NCBI GenBank assembly: GCA_963931625.1
Contig: OZ007033.1
Coordinates: 524,881 to 588,880, forward strand
Source: an uncultured Bacteroidales bacterium
Lineage (GTDB): Bacteria; Bacteroidota; Bacteroidia; Bacteroidales; UBA932
DNA length: 64,000 nt
Direction of reading: 5' to 3'
Shown one piece after another: positions 28,714 through 38,978 of this stretch (positions are counted from its first letter, which is position 1; each line of letters opens with the position of its first letter). The notes under the pieces are model-generated. The model did no database searches. It saw only the letters and a list, made by a program, of their open reading frames with translations, and was not told the origin of the DNA. The position numbers and the translations under genes are program-made.

Positions 28714-29865
28714 TCAATTCCCGGCAGGGACGTCGATGGTGAATTCGAACTGGTCGTAAGGTGCAGTACGCCATGCCTGATCGGCAGAAATGGCCGATAT
28801 GGCGAAAAGCGGGGAGAATGTCCTCACGCTTATGGTCCTGCCGTCCGGCTTGAATTCCAGGATACGCAGCCAGCAGTCTCCGCCGTTGCCGTGCCACTGT
28901 CCGTCGTTGGTCTGGGAGTTGAACATCATCTGCGGAATCATGTGCCCGTCAGCGGCAGGGTCCACACGGAAACCGCAGGTGCAGCTGTAGTCAATGTCCT
29001 TCACGTTGCTGCCGGCAGGAATCCGTGGCGGGACTCCGGTATGTCCGCAGAGTACGAGCGCGATATTCTTCGACGGATAGACCAATTTGTCCCATACGGC
29101 CTGGGGCCAGTTGTGAGGCGTCACCTTGTACCATTTTTCATCCTCGATGCGTGTCCCGTCTGGAAGGATGAAGGAATGTACGAAAAGTATCACCCGGTGC
29201 CCGGCATATTCCGGTCTGGCAATCAGTTCGGAAGCCCATTGCAGGATTTCGTCGCGCGGTGCGAACTCCAGGGCAAGGATGAGAATCTTGCCCCAGACAT
29301 CGTCGCTGAACTCGTATGCCGCATTCTCGAGGGTGTGGATATTCTGCCAGTTCGGGGCAGTCGCCACGAGATGTTCCATTACCTTCGGATTCCTCTCGGG
29401 ATAGACATATTCAGGCATCTGCGAATACCTGTGCTCCGCCGAGATGTAGCCTATGTCGTGATTTCCCTGGCAGGCGATGTAAGGCACCTTCCCGTCGAGG
29501 AAAGTCAGCGAATGCGATATGGCTTCCCATTGCTGGCGGGAAGTCTGCGTACCGTTCGGGAAGTCCGGGAGGCCTCCGGCAATGAGCTTGTTGTTCTGCT
29601 CCACGAGATCTCCCGTAAGCAGGGCCGTCATCACGTTCAGTCTTTTAGCGTTCTGGGCTATCCATGCCGTCTGCAGGTCGAAAAGCGGCTGCGTGGCGGC
29701 GAACTTGATATAACTCTGGGCATCTCCGAACATTATCATGGAGAAAGACTCCGTGTCTTCCAGCTTGGGATAGACGGGAATGATAGGTTCGGACTGTTTT
29801 ATCTGGGCCGGCAGCGTCAGTGACAAAGACAGCGCAGCGGCAAAGGTCAGCAATATATGTTTCAT
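28714..29865 (-). CDS. Secreted calcineurin-like metallophosphoesterase
   Basis: Signal peptide; motifs GDAQ (DxH-like), TGDLVE, GNHD, VHS, CGH. Confidence 0.85.
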   Translation of the reverse strand: MKHILLTFAAALSLSLTLPAQIKQSEPIIPVYPKLEDTESFSMIMFGDAQSYIKFAATQPLFDLQTAWIAQNAKRLNVMTALLTGDLVEQNNKLIAGGLPDFPNGTQTSRQQWEAISHSLTFLDGKVPYIACQGNHDIGYISAEHRYSQMPEYVYPERNPKVMEHLVATAPNWQNIHTLENAAYEFSDDVWGKILILALEFAPRDEILQWASELIARPEYAGHRVILFVHSFILPDGTRIEDEKWYKVTPHNWPQAVWDKLVYPSKNIALVLCGHTGVPPRIPAGSNVKDIDYSCTCGFRVDPAADGHMIPQMMFNSQTNDGQWHGNGGDCWLRILEFKPDGRTISVRTFSPLFAISAISADQAWRTAPYDQFEFTIDVPAGN

Positions 29866-29886
29866 TATACCTTTCCCTTTTAATTT

Positions 29887-30996
29887 TTATTGGAGTCTGG
29901 TTACCCTTACCCAGTCCACGAGCATGTACGACGGACAGTCGTCCGGATTTATCGCGCTGGAGCCGGCAGGACCTACGCTGAGGATGATATGGAAGCCGCC
30001 GCTGAAAGGCCACTGTTTCAGCTCAGTCTCGTTCTCCAAATGCTGGTTCATGTAAGCAAAGGCTATCTGCGGATTCTCCTCGGTGCATCCGTTGGCGTCA
30101 TAGATGGTCACTGCCTCGTCGGTGACATCGGCAGAATAGATGTTATATTCATTCTCGTTATACCCGCTGTATTCACGGTCTACATGGTCGGTATTATGTC
30201 CGGTATAGATGTCAATATAGTACGAATGCAGGGTGTGCTGCACATAATCATGCAGATATGAATGTTCCATGATATCTATCTCGCCGCTTTCCGGCCAGCC
30301 TCCGTAGGTCTGGTACTCCGGCTCCGGCATCATCCAGACAGCCTGGCCGACAGATTCCGCATCATCGACAAACTTGGCGCGGACCTCTATGCGGAACGGA
30401 GCCTGGAACCAGAGTTTGCCCTGTGTCTTGACTCCTCCGGTGAGGCATTCGCCGTCCTGGTTAACTACGGCCAACACCAGGTTGCCGTCCTCGACATAGG
30501 AATGGTCCGGGCTGCCGGACATGGATACCTGCCAGGCTGCCGTGCCTCTCGGAACATAATCCCAGGCGTCAGTGTCCAGACCGTAGGCCTGGTCGAAATC
30601 ATCGAAGAAAAGCACATCGCCCTCTGCTCCGGGGAAACGGTTTTCATAGGCTGAAAGCACTACCGTATAGACGGTCTCCACACCTCCGTATGTAACAGTA
30701 AAATCCTGGATTTCAGGCCAGTTTCCCGTAAGTCCTTTCGGATCGGGAGATATGGTGGCCCCGTCAGCCAGTTTGTAGTCAGCCTTGGAAACCTGTCCGC
30801 CGTACTTTATGGCACCGATGGTGGCTATATGGGTTTCCTGGTCTATGGAGGCGTGGTAGATGCAGTCGCCTACAGTAAGGGTAAAGCGTTCGAGGGGATA
30901 GCCGGCATCGGGTGCGATTCCATTATCTGCACATCCCGCCATAGTCATGGCAGCAAGAGCTGCAGTCAAAAAAATTGTCATTGTCTTTCTTATCAT
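29887..30996 (-). CDS. Glycoside hydrolase family 16 lipoprotein with N-terminal Ig-like domain
   Basis: Lipobox MAGC; FFDDFD, YVEDGNLVL, IEVRAKF, WPESGEIDIMEH (ExDxxE), MLVDWVRV. Confidence 0.9.
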   Translation of the reverse strand: MIRKTMTIFLTAALAAMTMAGCADNGIAPDAGYPLERFTLTVGDCIYHASIDQETHIATIGAIKYGGQVSKADYKLADGATISPDPKGLTGNWPEIQDFTVTYGGVETVYTVVLSAYENRFPGAEGDVLFFDDFDQAYGLDTDAWDYVPRGTAAWQVSMSGSPDHSYVEDGNLVLAVVNQDGECLTGGVKTQGKLWFQAPFRIEVRAKFVDDAESVGQAVWMMPEPEYQTYGGWPESGEIDIMEHSYLHDYVQHTLHSYYIDIYTGHNTDHVDREYSGYNENEYNIYSADVTDEAVTIYDANGCTEENPQIAFAYMNQHLENETELKQWPFSGGFHIILSVGPAGSSAINPDDCPSYMLVDWVRVTRLQ

Positions 30997-31021
30997 TGTT
31001 CTGTTATTTTACATTTTTAGC

Positions 31022-31049
31022 TGTCATCCCGGGCGAAGCCGAGGAATCT
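31022..31049. repeat. REP-like short palindromic element
   Basis: TGTCATCCCGGGCGAAGCCGAGGAATCT resembles the GTCATCC(C/T)GAGCGAAG..GA.GGATCT intergenic repeat class common in Bacteroidota (recognised from memory). Confidence 0.45.
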
Positions 31050-31052
31050 GCC

Positions 31053-32615
31053 TTACTCGTACGGAGTGTATTTGAAGGAATCTATGGTCAGGGAGCCGTT
31101 GCCGGTGCCGCCGATGCCGAACTGATACTGGAGCCCCGGGTGAGTGCTGCCGGACTGCCAGATGTCGCCGCCGCACCAGGCGACAGGATCACCAGGCCTG
31201 GCACTCTCTGTCTCAGGATATTTCGTCTTGCTGAACTCGAACACGATCTCATCGTTTATCCACAGTTTCCTGTTCAATATGTTATTCTGCTGATAGCCGG
31301 ACCGTGTATCTGGCGTTATTTCCAGTTTCATTGAGCGCAGTTCTCCGAGTGACACATTATTGCACGGCAGGTTCTTGAAATCAATATCCCATCCGTTGCT
31401 CCAGGCAGTATCGACGCCCCAGTATACTTTGACACCGTTTATGGTCAGATTCCCTTTCAGACCTACCATATTGACAGCAGCATCGCCGCCGAAACGTATC
31501 ATCATTGTGATACCGTCCGCACCCCAGTTGTTGATGTCGAAATATCCGGAAGTGAGATCCACATTCGAGAAGGTCCATTCGAATGTACCGTATTTCCAAT
31601 AGTCCTTCGACTTGACATAGGCCGTCCCGTTGTCGGCAGTCAAGGTGAAGCCGGAAAGATCCGGGGTTCCTACAGGGTCAGCGAAGGAATCCTGGGTGAT
31701 GGTGAGTGTCTGCTCAGTCATCGGGATGTCAGGGTCATCGGACTTGAGGATGATGGTATAAGTCTTGTCGTTGATGTATTTCGAGTAAGGCAGGGTGACT
31801 GTGATGTCGCCGGAAGTCGTACCCTCTATCGGAGAAATGATGACATCCGGGTCGTTGCAGGAAACTGACCACAGCATGGATGCCTCCACATGGAAGGTCT
31901 TGGATTCGCCTCCGTATATGAATGTCCGTGCAGCCTCGTCAGCTTCGCCGAATTGGAGGATAGTGATGCCTTCCTGCGTGATGGTGACTGTCCTGAAGTC
32001 CTCTGCAGTCTCTACGCGGACAGTAGCGGAACGCATGGTTGTCGTGCTCTCCGCCGAGGCAGTAACTGTCACGGCATCCTCCGAGCCGGTTCCGTTGTTC
32101 TGGCTGAATGTAAGCCATGTGGCGGAAGATACTATTTTCCAGTCCTGGTCTGACAGGACGGTGAATGTCACTTCGCCGCCGTTCTGAGGTATCGTACCGG
32201 ATACAGCCGACACAACGAGCTGGCTCATGGCATTCTGGGTGATTTTGACGAGTACGGGCTCTTCAACGCCTTCTGCCATGACGGTGAGGGTGGCTGTACG
32301 CGGCTGGACCACCGTATTGTCTTCTACAGTCACGGTGATGTCCTCCGTCAGGGAACTGGTGGCACTGGCACCCGGAGTAACCGTGCACCAATCCTCGGCA
32401 TCACACTCGATATGCCATGGAGTATTAGAGCTGATGCTGAATATGACAGGATCGGCGGATGCGGAAGCCACAGTATATTCAGATTTGGCATCCACGACTA
32501 TATTCGGCTCCGGATCGGGTTGGGAATCTATCGCCGGTGTCTCATAGCAGCCGGTCAAAACCGCAAATCCTGCGGCAACGCAAACGCCCAGATTGATGAT
32601 TGCATTGGTTTTCAT
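31053..32615 (-). CDS. Surface lipoprotein with tandem BACON domains (putative surface glycan-binding protein)
   Basis: Lipobox LTGC; repeated SNTPWHI/SDQDWKI/ASMLWSV...TQ BACON units; distinct C-terminal beta domain. Start 32615 (MKTNAII) preferred over 32645. Confidence 0.8.
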   Translation of the reverse strand: MKTNAIINLGVCVAAGFAVLTGCYETPAIDSQPDPEPNIVVDAKSEYTVASASADPVIFSISSNTPWHIECDAEDWCTVTPGASATSSLTEDITVTVEDNTVVQPRTATLTVMAEGVEEPVLVKITQNAMSQLVVSAVSGTIPQNGGEVTFTVLSDQDWKIVSSATWLTFSQNNGTGSEDAVTVTASAESTTTMRSATVRVETAEDFRTVTITQEGITILQFGEADEAARTFIYGGESKTFHVEASMLWSVSCNDPDVIISPIEGTTSGDITVTLPYSKYINDKTYTIILKSDDPDIPMTEQTLTITQDSFADPVGTPDLSGFTLTADNGTAYVKSKDYWKYGTFEWTFSNVDLTSGYFDINNWGADGITMMIRFGGDAAVNMVGLKGNLTINGVKVYWGVDTAWSNGWDIDFKNLPCNNVSLGELRSMKLEITPDTRSGYQQNNILNRKLWINDEIVFEFSKTKYPETESARPGDPVAWCGGDIWQSGSTHPGLQYQFGIGGTGNGSLTIDSFKYTPYE

Positions 32616-32685
32616 TGTTTTGTATTTTAGTTTTTTATTCTTCATTCTTTTTTATCGTTATCCCGGACGGCTGTCCTCCTGTCCA

Positions 32686-34377
32686 TCACCATCCCGGATT
32701 CTGAGGCGCAAGATTACTGTTCTTGTACAACTCCGTCTGCGGAATCGGATACAGATACATCCTGTCATTCCACTTGCGTGACTCATAAAGGAATCTCCTG
32801 TATGAATAGGAACTTCCGGAAGTCTGCGTAATTTCCACACCGTAAATGTCAGTCTGGGTATCGGAGCCGATCTTCCATCTGCGCACATCCCAGAAACGGT
32901 GATCCTCGAATGCGAACTCCACACGCCATTCATTCCTCAAGGCTGCAATGAACCCGTCCTTGCCGGAAACGGCCACTTCCGGCATCCCGGCATTGCTCCG
33001 CACCTGGTTCAAGGCCCATCTGGCCGAATAAGGATAGACGGCATCGGTGTAATCCGGGTCTCCAAAAGCCTCGACCATGGACTCGGCATAGGTCAGAAGC
33101 GTCTCGGCGTAACGGTAGACTACCCAGTGATGCTTGTTGGTGACCTGAGCGTCAGGGTCGAAACTGGTACTCTCCTGCACATATTTCCGGAGGAAGTAAC
33201 CTGTTGGAGAGCCGCCGTCGGACACGGCCGCATCGTCACGTCCGCCCTTGTACAGGGCTATGACGGAGCCTTTGAAGGCATCTCCGTTGCAGAGGACGGT
33301 ACGCGCAAACCGCGGATCTCTGTTCAGGTAAGGGCGGGCAGGGTTGAATTCAGGGTCATCGCTCACCCATCCGGAAGCCTCCAGAGTCACGGAATAGCCG
33401 TTCCTGGTCTGGAAGGCATCCACAAGATTCTGGGTAGGGAAGGTGCCCATGGTGACCAAGGAGCCGTTTTTCTGACCCTCGGTGAACCGGATAGGGAAAT
33501 TATACACCTCAAAAGTGGTCGAGTTGTCGTTCTGGCGGGCAAGCACCACTTCCGGGGAAGTCGGATTGTTGCACTTGTCGGCAGGATCGAGCGAGTAAAG
33601 ACCTGTCTGTATCAAGTCGAGGGCCGCAGACGCCGAGCGTTTCCATCTGTCTGTATCCATGGAAGGGTTGTGGAGTTCGCTGGCGGCATATAGGAGGGCC
33701 TTGGATTTCAAAGCCATGGCAAAGCCGCGTGTAATCCTGCCCGTCTCACTGTTCGCGACATCCCTGTAAGTGTCAGGAAGCTCCGGGGCACAGGCGTCAC
33801 ACTCCGACACTATGTATTCCACCACATTGTCGAAAGATGTCTTGGCTATGCTGTTGGCCTGCTCTATGTCCAGTTTCTCCAGAGGCATGGCTATATCGCC
33901 GTACCTTTTGGCAAGCTCGAAGAAAAAGAAGGCCCTGAGTACCCTTGCCTCGTATGTGAAATACTGCATCTGGTCAAGCCAGTTCTGATAATCCGGATCC
34001 TTCTCGAAACGGGAGAAATCCGTAGTCGCGAACGACTGCAGGAATTCGTTGGCAGCCCTGACTCCATAGTACAAGGTCCAGGCGTCATCCACCGTATTCA
34101 GGGCAGTCCAGGTGCCGTTGTTCATATATTGCACCGTTCCGCCGGTGTCGCCGAACTCCGCATCGTCGCTGGCGCAGTCCCGCATTGCCCCGCCTATCGT
34201 CCCGAAATCCTGAGGGATATAGGAATAGACATGTGTAAGCATCTGTTTCGTCTCGTCGAAATAGGAGTAGACATCGTCAAAGGAGCGCAGTCCGTCCGTT
34301 TCGTCGAATTCGAGGTAACTGCAAGAGACGGCAGAGATGGTCGCAATTGTTATCGATATGATTTTCAATGTTTTCAT
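32686..34377 (-). CDS. susD: RagB/SusD-family lipoprotein (second pair)
   Basis: Lipobox AVSC; EARVLRAFFFFEL, YRYAETLLTYAE, EFAFEDHRFWDVRRW, YLYPIPQTE, QNPGW. ORF track starts at 34392. Confidence 0.93.
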   Translation of the reverse strand: MKTLKIISITIATISAVSCSYLEFDETDGLRSFDDVYSYFDETKQMLTHVYSYIPQDFGTIGGAMRDCASDDAEFGDTGGTVQYMNNGTWTALNTVDDAWTLYYGVRAANEFLQSFATTDFSRFEKDPDYQNWLDQMQYFTYEARVLRAFFFFELAKRYGDIAMPLEKLDIEQANSIAKTSFDNVVEYIVSECDACAPELPDTYRDVANSETGRITRGFAMALKSKALLYAASELHNPSMDTDRWKRSASAALDLIQTGLYSLDPADKCNNPTSPEVVLARQNDNSTTFEVYNFPIRFTEGQKNGSLVTMGTFPTQNLVDAFQTRNGYSVTLEASGWVSDDPEFNPARPYLNRDPRFARTVLCNGDAFKGSVIALYKGGRDDAAVSDGGSPTGYFLRKYVQESTSFDPDAQVTNKHHWVVYRYAETLLTYAESMVEAFGDPDYTDAVYPYSARWALNQVRSNAGMPEVAVSGKDGFIAALRNEWRVEFAFEDHRFWDVRRWKIGSDTQTDIYGVEITQTSGSSYSYRRFLYESRKWNDRMYLYPIPQTELYKNSNLAPQNPGW

Positions 34378-34391
34378 CGTATTCTCCACCA

Positions 34392-37169
34392 TTAAAAGTT
34401 GAACTTCAGTCCTACGAAATAAGATCTCAACGCAGGATATGTCCTGCCGCCGATGACCTCGGGATCAAACATCTTGAGATTGTCTATCGAGAAAAGGTTG
34501 GTCCCCTGCACATACAGCTGCATCGCGGCGAATTTTATCATTTCCTTCGGGAAAGTGTAGGCAAAGGTCAGGTTCCTAAGCTTGAGGAACGAACCGTCGC
34601 GGAGCCAAAGGGAGTTGTTCTGGTAGTTGTTCTCGTTCGACTGTGTGGTCAGGCGCGGAATGGTTGCGAAACCGGAAGTCTCGGGTGTCCACGGGATCTC
34701 ATGGTCGAGGAGAGTCTGTGAGACTGTGCCGTTGCTCATCAGCGGCATGTAGAGCGGAGAATTGAGGACATTGACCGTCACTCCGGCCAGACCCTGGAAA
34801 TCTGCGGAGACTTCGAAACCTTTCCAGCCGAAATTCAGCCCGAAACCGAAATAGAAAGCAGGGACGGTGGAATTGTACATCTTTACATAGTCGTATTCGT
34901 TGATGACATTGTCTCCGTTCTGGTCCTTGTATTTCAGGTCGCCAGGACGCACTTCCGAGAATGTCTGGACAGGACTGTTGTTGATTTCCATCTGGTTATG
35001 GAAGATTCCCGTCACCTCCAGCCCGTAGCACTGTCCGATAGGATTTCCCTTCGTATAGAGATAGTCATACGGCTGGTATATCTGGTTTTCATTTACCACT
35101 TCAGTGGAAAGGAAAGAACCGTTCGCATAAATTCCGTAGGAGAAGTCGCCGATTCTGTCTTTCCAGGCCAATGACGCATCTGCTCCGCGGTACTTGTAGA
35201 TGCCTGCACACTGCTGGGCCACATCGATACCGATGATGCCGGAAACATTGGTCGAAGCCACGAGGACATTGCTCCGCTCCTCGAAAAAGCCTTCGGCATA
35301 GAGACTGAGCCTGTTCCCGAATGCCTTGAATTCCGTACCGAATGTCACCTTGCGGAACTTTTCCGGCTCCAGATCCTCTACAGGAAGGGCACTTTCCGTC
35401 ATGCTGTAGTAATGGGCGGCGTTGTCCGTGAAATAGTAGGCATTTCCTCCTATATAGGACTGCCTGAACAGGTCATGGGAAAGGTTGCCGTCCCAGCCCG
35501 AACGGCCGCAGGATGCGAAGACCTTCCATTGGTCTATCCATGAGGCATTTTTCATGAATTCCTCGCCGGAAATGATCCAGGCCGCATTCATCGCAGGATA
35601 GAATCTCATGGCGTCTCCCGGCTTCAGATATGCGGAGCCCGACCAGTCCGTGACGATGCTTGCGGAATATCTGTTGTCGTAGGTATAGGATGCCGTGAAC
35701 AGGGCGGAAAGCCATTTGTTCGACACATTCTGGCCGTTGGCCACATATGACTGCATGTCGTAGATGGCGGCGGCAGACACGGCGTGCCTGCCGAATGTAC
35801 GGGCATAGTCCACCTTGGCCTGCAAATCAGTCCTCATGCCGATGGAATAGAAGCCGTTGCTGTGTCCCAGGGCACGGGAGACCGTACCGGTCGTCTCAGG
35901 GGAGGTGATTACCGTGCCGTCCTCTGACATCGTGGCATTGGAGTCCTCGTATATGAAACTCTTGGAGGTCTCGTCGTACATCCTGCCGGTGTTCTCGAAT
36001 GAAATCAGGACTTCCGCAGCAAGGCCTTCCGTGAGTATGTCGAGATTCTGTCTGAGCGACATGTTGGCCACAACGGTGCCCGTAGTGAAACGGTAGTTGC
36101 CCGTATCGGCAAGGTTGGCCACAGGGTTGGAGGAAGTATATATATCCGTACCGCCCCAGAGTCCGTCATACTGCTTTATTGGATAGGCGGCAGACGGGGT
36201 AGTGTAGACATAGCTCATCGCGACATCTTCACCTCTGGACCTGTTATATTCGCCTATCTTGCCCATGATTCCGAGCTTCAGATGCGTGGTGCGGGTCACT
36301 TCCACATCGAAGTTTGACCTGATGCTGAGGCGCACGTCGGACGGAACGGTGGAATAGCGGGAGTCGGTGTTGAGATTCCTGAACAGTCCGATGTCGTACA
36401 TGTAGTCCACCACCGAATAATAGCGGAATTTCTCTGTACCGCCTTCGAATGTAAGACCGAGACGGTAGTTCGACGTATAGTCCTTGTAGATTTCGTCCCA
36501 CCAGTTCACGTCAGGGTACTCGTAGGGATACTGTCCCGTGCGGAACGCCTCGAGTTCATGGTCGCTGTACCGCGGGGACAGGCCGTCGAGGGTCAGTGCC
36601 TGGTTCAGCGTAGTGGCATAGGTGTATGCATCCGCGAATTCCGGAGACCGGAACTGCGAGTTGATGCCGTACTGGAAATCCGCTCCTACACGAAGCTTGC
36701 CCGGAGTGGCCCTGCGTGTGGTGACAAGGACGACGCCGTTGGCACCCCGCATGCCGTACATCGCCGCAGCTGCAGCATCTGTAAGCACGGCCACAGACTC
36801 TATCTCGGTGGTGGTGATGTCCCTGAGATTCCCCCTCGGGAAACCGTCCACAAGGATCAGCGGAGTCCTTCCATGTATGGACAAGGAGGCAAGGTTGTCG
36901 TAAGTGATGCCGGAGCCCTGATACACATTCAAGCCTGCTATCTGTCCGTACAGGGCCTTGACCGCATCGATATCAGGGGATTTCTCGAACACGCTCCTGC
37001 CGACTCCCCTGTGCGTGAAAGCGCTGCTTTTGCCGGCGACTTCGATACCGTAGCCCAGGCTTATGGTATCAAGCCCGCTCTCTATGGACAAAGTGTCCCT
37101 CGGAGCTGCTGCAGCCGAAAGGGCTGCGGCCAATGATATGATGGTTATATGGAATTTTTTCATATTCAT
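34392..37169 (-). CDS. susC: SusC/RagA TonB-dependent transporter, short form lacking the N-terminal extension
   Basis: Signal peptide leads directly into the plug (YGMRGANGVVLVTT); GDLKYKDQNGDNVIN; C-terminal YFVGLKFNF. Confidence 0.92.
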   Translation of the reverse strand: MNMKKFHITIISLAAALSAAAAPRDTLSIESGLDTISLGYGIEVAGKSSAFTHRGVGRSVFEKSPDIDAVKALYGQIAGLNVYQGSGITYDNLASLSIHGRTPLILVDGFPRGNLRDITTTEIESVAVLTDAAAAAMYGMRGANGVVLVTTRRATPGKLRVGADFQYGINSQFRSPEFADAYTYATTLNQALTLDGLSPRYSDHELEAFRTGQYPYEYPDVNWWDEIYKDYTSNYRLGLTFEGGTEKFRYYSVVDYMYDIGLFRNLNTDSRYSTVPSDVRLSIRSNFDVEVTRTTHLKLGIMGKIGEYNRSRGEDVAMSYVYTTPSAAYPIKQYDGLWGGTDIYTSSNPVANLADTGNYRFTTGTVVANMSLRQNLDILTEGLAAEVLISFENTGRMYDETSKSFIYEDSNATMSEDGTVITSPETTGTVSRALGHSNGFYSIGMRTDLQAKVDYARTFGRHAVSAAAIYDMQSYVANGQNVSNKWLSALFTASYTYDNRYSASIVTDWSGSAYLKPGDAMRFYPAMNAAWIISGEEFMKNASWIDQWKVFASCGRSGWDGNLSHDLFRQSYIGGNAYYFTDNAAHYYSMTESALPVEDLEPEKFRKVTFGTEFKAFGNRLSLYAEGFFEERSNVLVASTNVSGIIGIDVAQQCAGIYKYRGADASLAWKDRIGDFSYGIYANGSFLSTEVVNENQIYQPYDYLYTKGNPIGQCYGLEVTGIFHNQMEINNSPVQTFSEVRPGDLKYKDQNGDNVINEYDYVKMYNSTVPAFYFGFGLNFGWKGFEVSADFQGLAGVTVNVLNSPLYMPLMSNGTVSQTLLDHEIPWTPETSGFATIPRLTTQSNENNYQNNSLWLRDGSFLKLRNLTFAYTFPKEMIKFAAMQLYVQGTNLFSIDNLKMFDPEVIGGRTYPALRSYFVGLKFNF

Positions 37170-37187
37170 GAGTTTGTATTGTTCTGC

Positions 37188-38969
37188 CTACCAGCCTGGA
37201 TTCTGGACTATACCGTAATCCTTGTCGACTTCGGTCTGCGGGAATGCCGCCAGATACCATTTCGTGTCCCAGTAAGTCGCCCAGTTGCGGGTCGCGAGTT
37301 CCGTACGGATGAAAGTATATGAAGCCGGGTTCGTGGAAGTGCCTCCTACCCCCGTGACCTGCAGTCCGTACAGCTTTTTCGTGAAGTCTTCCGACCGGCC
37401 CCATCTCACTAGGTCAAACCATCTGACTTCCTCATAGCCGAGTTCAAGCGCACGCTCTTTCAGAAGCGCCTCCCTGAATCCGGTCCGGTCCAGTCCGGTC
37501 TGGAGGTCAGGCAGTCCGACACGATTTCTGACCGCATTTATCTGCTCATAGGCAGTGGCATCCGGGCCGCCTTTGTATTCGTTGATGGCTTCCGCATAAC
37601 TCAACATCACTTCCGGAAGCCTGAGATACGGCCACTGTACCGGCTTGCCTTCCCTGTCGCTGTCCTGGTTCAGGATGAACTTCATCTGAAAGAAGCCCGT
37701 CCCGACAGTGTAGTTCGGGTGGTTCGTATAGACCGGAGCGACGGAGCCGTCTCTCCAGGTATCACCCGGAACGGCACAGGTTTCGTAAAGCCTCGGCTCG
37801 CGGGTAGGGTTTCCGTCAGCATCGTAGAAAGGCTGGCGTGACGGCTGCTCCCAGTCGAAATCTTCCGGGAAATCGGTGCCGTCATCCCAGGAGAACATGT
37901 TCACATAGTTCAAGGTAGGTCCGGAATACTTGGCCTCCGTCAGGAAATTGTCCAGGATATCGCTGTTGTAGCCCCTGCGGGTGGAGATTAGCACTTCCGT
38001 GCCTCCTCTGTCATAGTATGCGGAACGGAATGCAGCCCGGTACCCTCTGTGGGTGGCCTCAGCAGCCTGTGTCAACTGATATCCGCCATTGGCCGCGAGC
38101 TCATTGAAGAAAGTCTCGCCTGCATCCATCGCCCTTTTCCATCTTTCCGGGTCATAATTCCCGTAGCAGGTGTACTCGTCGGCTTCCGGATGCCAGGGGG
38201 TATCGGAGTTGAATGTAGGGCTTGCCGCCCAGAGCAGGATGCGGAGTTTCAAGCCAAGGGCCCCGGCAGAAGTCATCCTGCCGTTGTCCGTACCGTTGTT
38301 TTTCCAGTTCAGATACGGGGCAGCCTCATCGAGAAGCTGGACTATATAGTCTACGGTTTCCGCAAAGGTGGCGCGAGGGAAATACATCTCCTCATTCGGG
38401 TCCACGGCATGCTTGAGGAGCGGGACTCCTCCCATATACCTCAGCAGTTCGGAATATGCTATGGCTATGACCATCTTTGCCTCAGCCACCTTCCTCTGCC
38501 TGTCGATGGACGAGATGTCGGGAATCCTGTCTGCATTTTCAATGTATATCCAGGCATATCGAATGGCGCTGTATTCATTTTCCTCGCCGAACCTGTATGC
38601 CTCCGTACCCCGGTAGTCAGAGCCGATGTTGCTGCCGTATGTACCGTTGTAGTACAGGTTCACAGGTCCGTCGCTCGGGTTGTTCCTGCGGCTGTAATTC
38701 AGATCGGAGATGGACTCCAATATATTGAGACCGAGCTTGTCGTACGCATGTCCGTTGTCCTTGCCCGTAGGCAGGCCGTACGGCAGATAGGAGTATGCTT
38801 TCGTGAGTACCCTGTCGGCATTTGCAGTAGAGCTGAACATCGTATCCAATGTAGCTCCGGAGCTTTCCGGATGCTCACCGAGGAAGGCATCTCCGAAACG
38901 CAGGTCATAGCATGAGGTCAGCAGCGACATGGCTGCAATAGCCGTGATTATAGATAAATAATGTTTCAT
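37188..38969 (-). CDS. susD: RagB/SusD-family lipoprotein (first pair)
   Basis: Lipobox LTSC; YLRLPEVMLSYAEA, ELGYEEVRWFDLVRW, QNPGW. Confidence 0.93.
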   Translation of the reverse strand: MKHYLSIITAIAAMSLLTSCYDLRFGDAFLGEHPESSGATLDTMFSSTANADRVLTKAYSYLPYGLPTGKDNGHAYDKLGLNILESISDLNYSRRNNPSDGPVNLYYNGTYGSNIGSDYRGTEAYRFGEENEYSAIRYAWIYIENADRIPDISSIDRQRKVAEAKMVIAIAYSELLRYMGGVPLLKHAVDPNEEMYFPRATFAETVDYIVQLLDEAAPYLNWKNNGTDNGRMTSAGALGLKLRILLWAASPTFNSDTPWHPEADEYTCYGNYDPERWKRAMDAGETFFNELAANGGYQLTQAAEATHRGYRAAFRSAYYDRGGTEVLISTRRGYNSDILDNFLTEAKYSGPTLNYVNMFSWDDGTDFPEDFDWEQPSRQPFYDADGNPTREPRLYETCAVPGDTWRDGSVAPVYTNHPNYTVGTGFFQMKFILNQDSDREGKPVQWPYLRLPEVMLSYAEAINEYKGGPDATAYEQINAVRNRVGLPDLQTGLDRTGFREALLKERALELGYEEVRWFDLVRWGRSEDFTKKLYGLQVTGVGGTSTNPASYTFIRTELATRNWATYWDTKWYLAAFPQTEVDKDYGIVQNPGW

Positions 38970-38978
38970 TGCACCTGT

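Noticed and set aside
28222-29823. 533-aa plus-strand ORF
   Set aside because: Antisense shadow of the phosphoesterase and six-hairpin genes; Arg/Pro/Gly-rich with no motifs; typical of high-GC3 coding strands.
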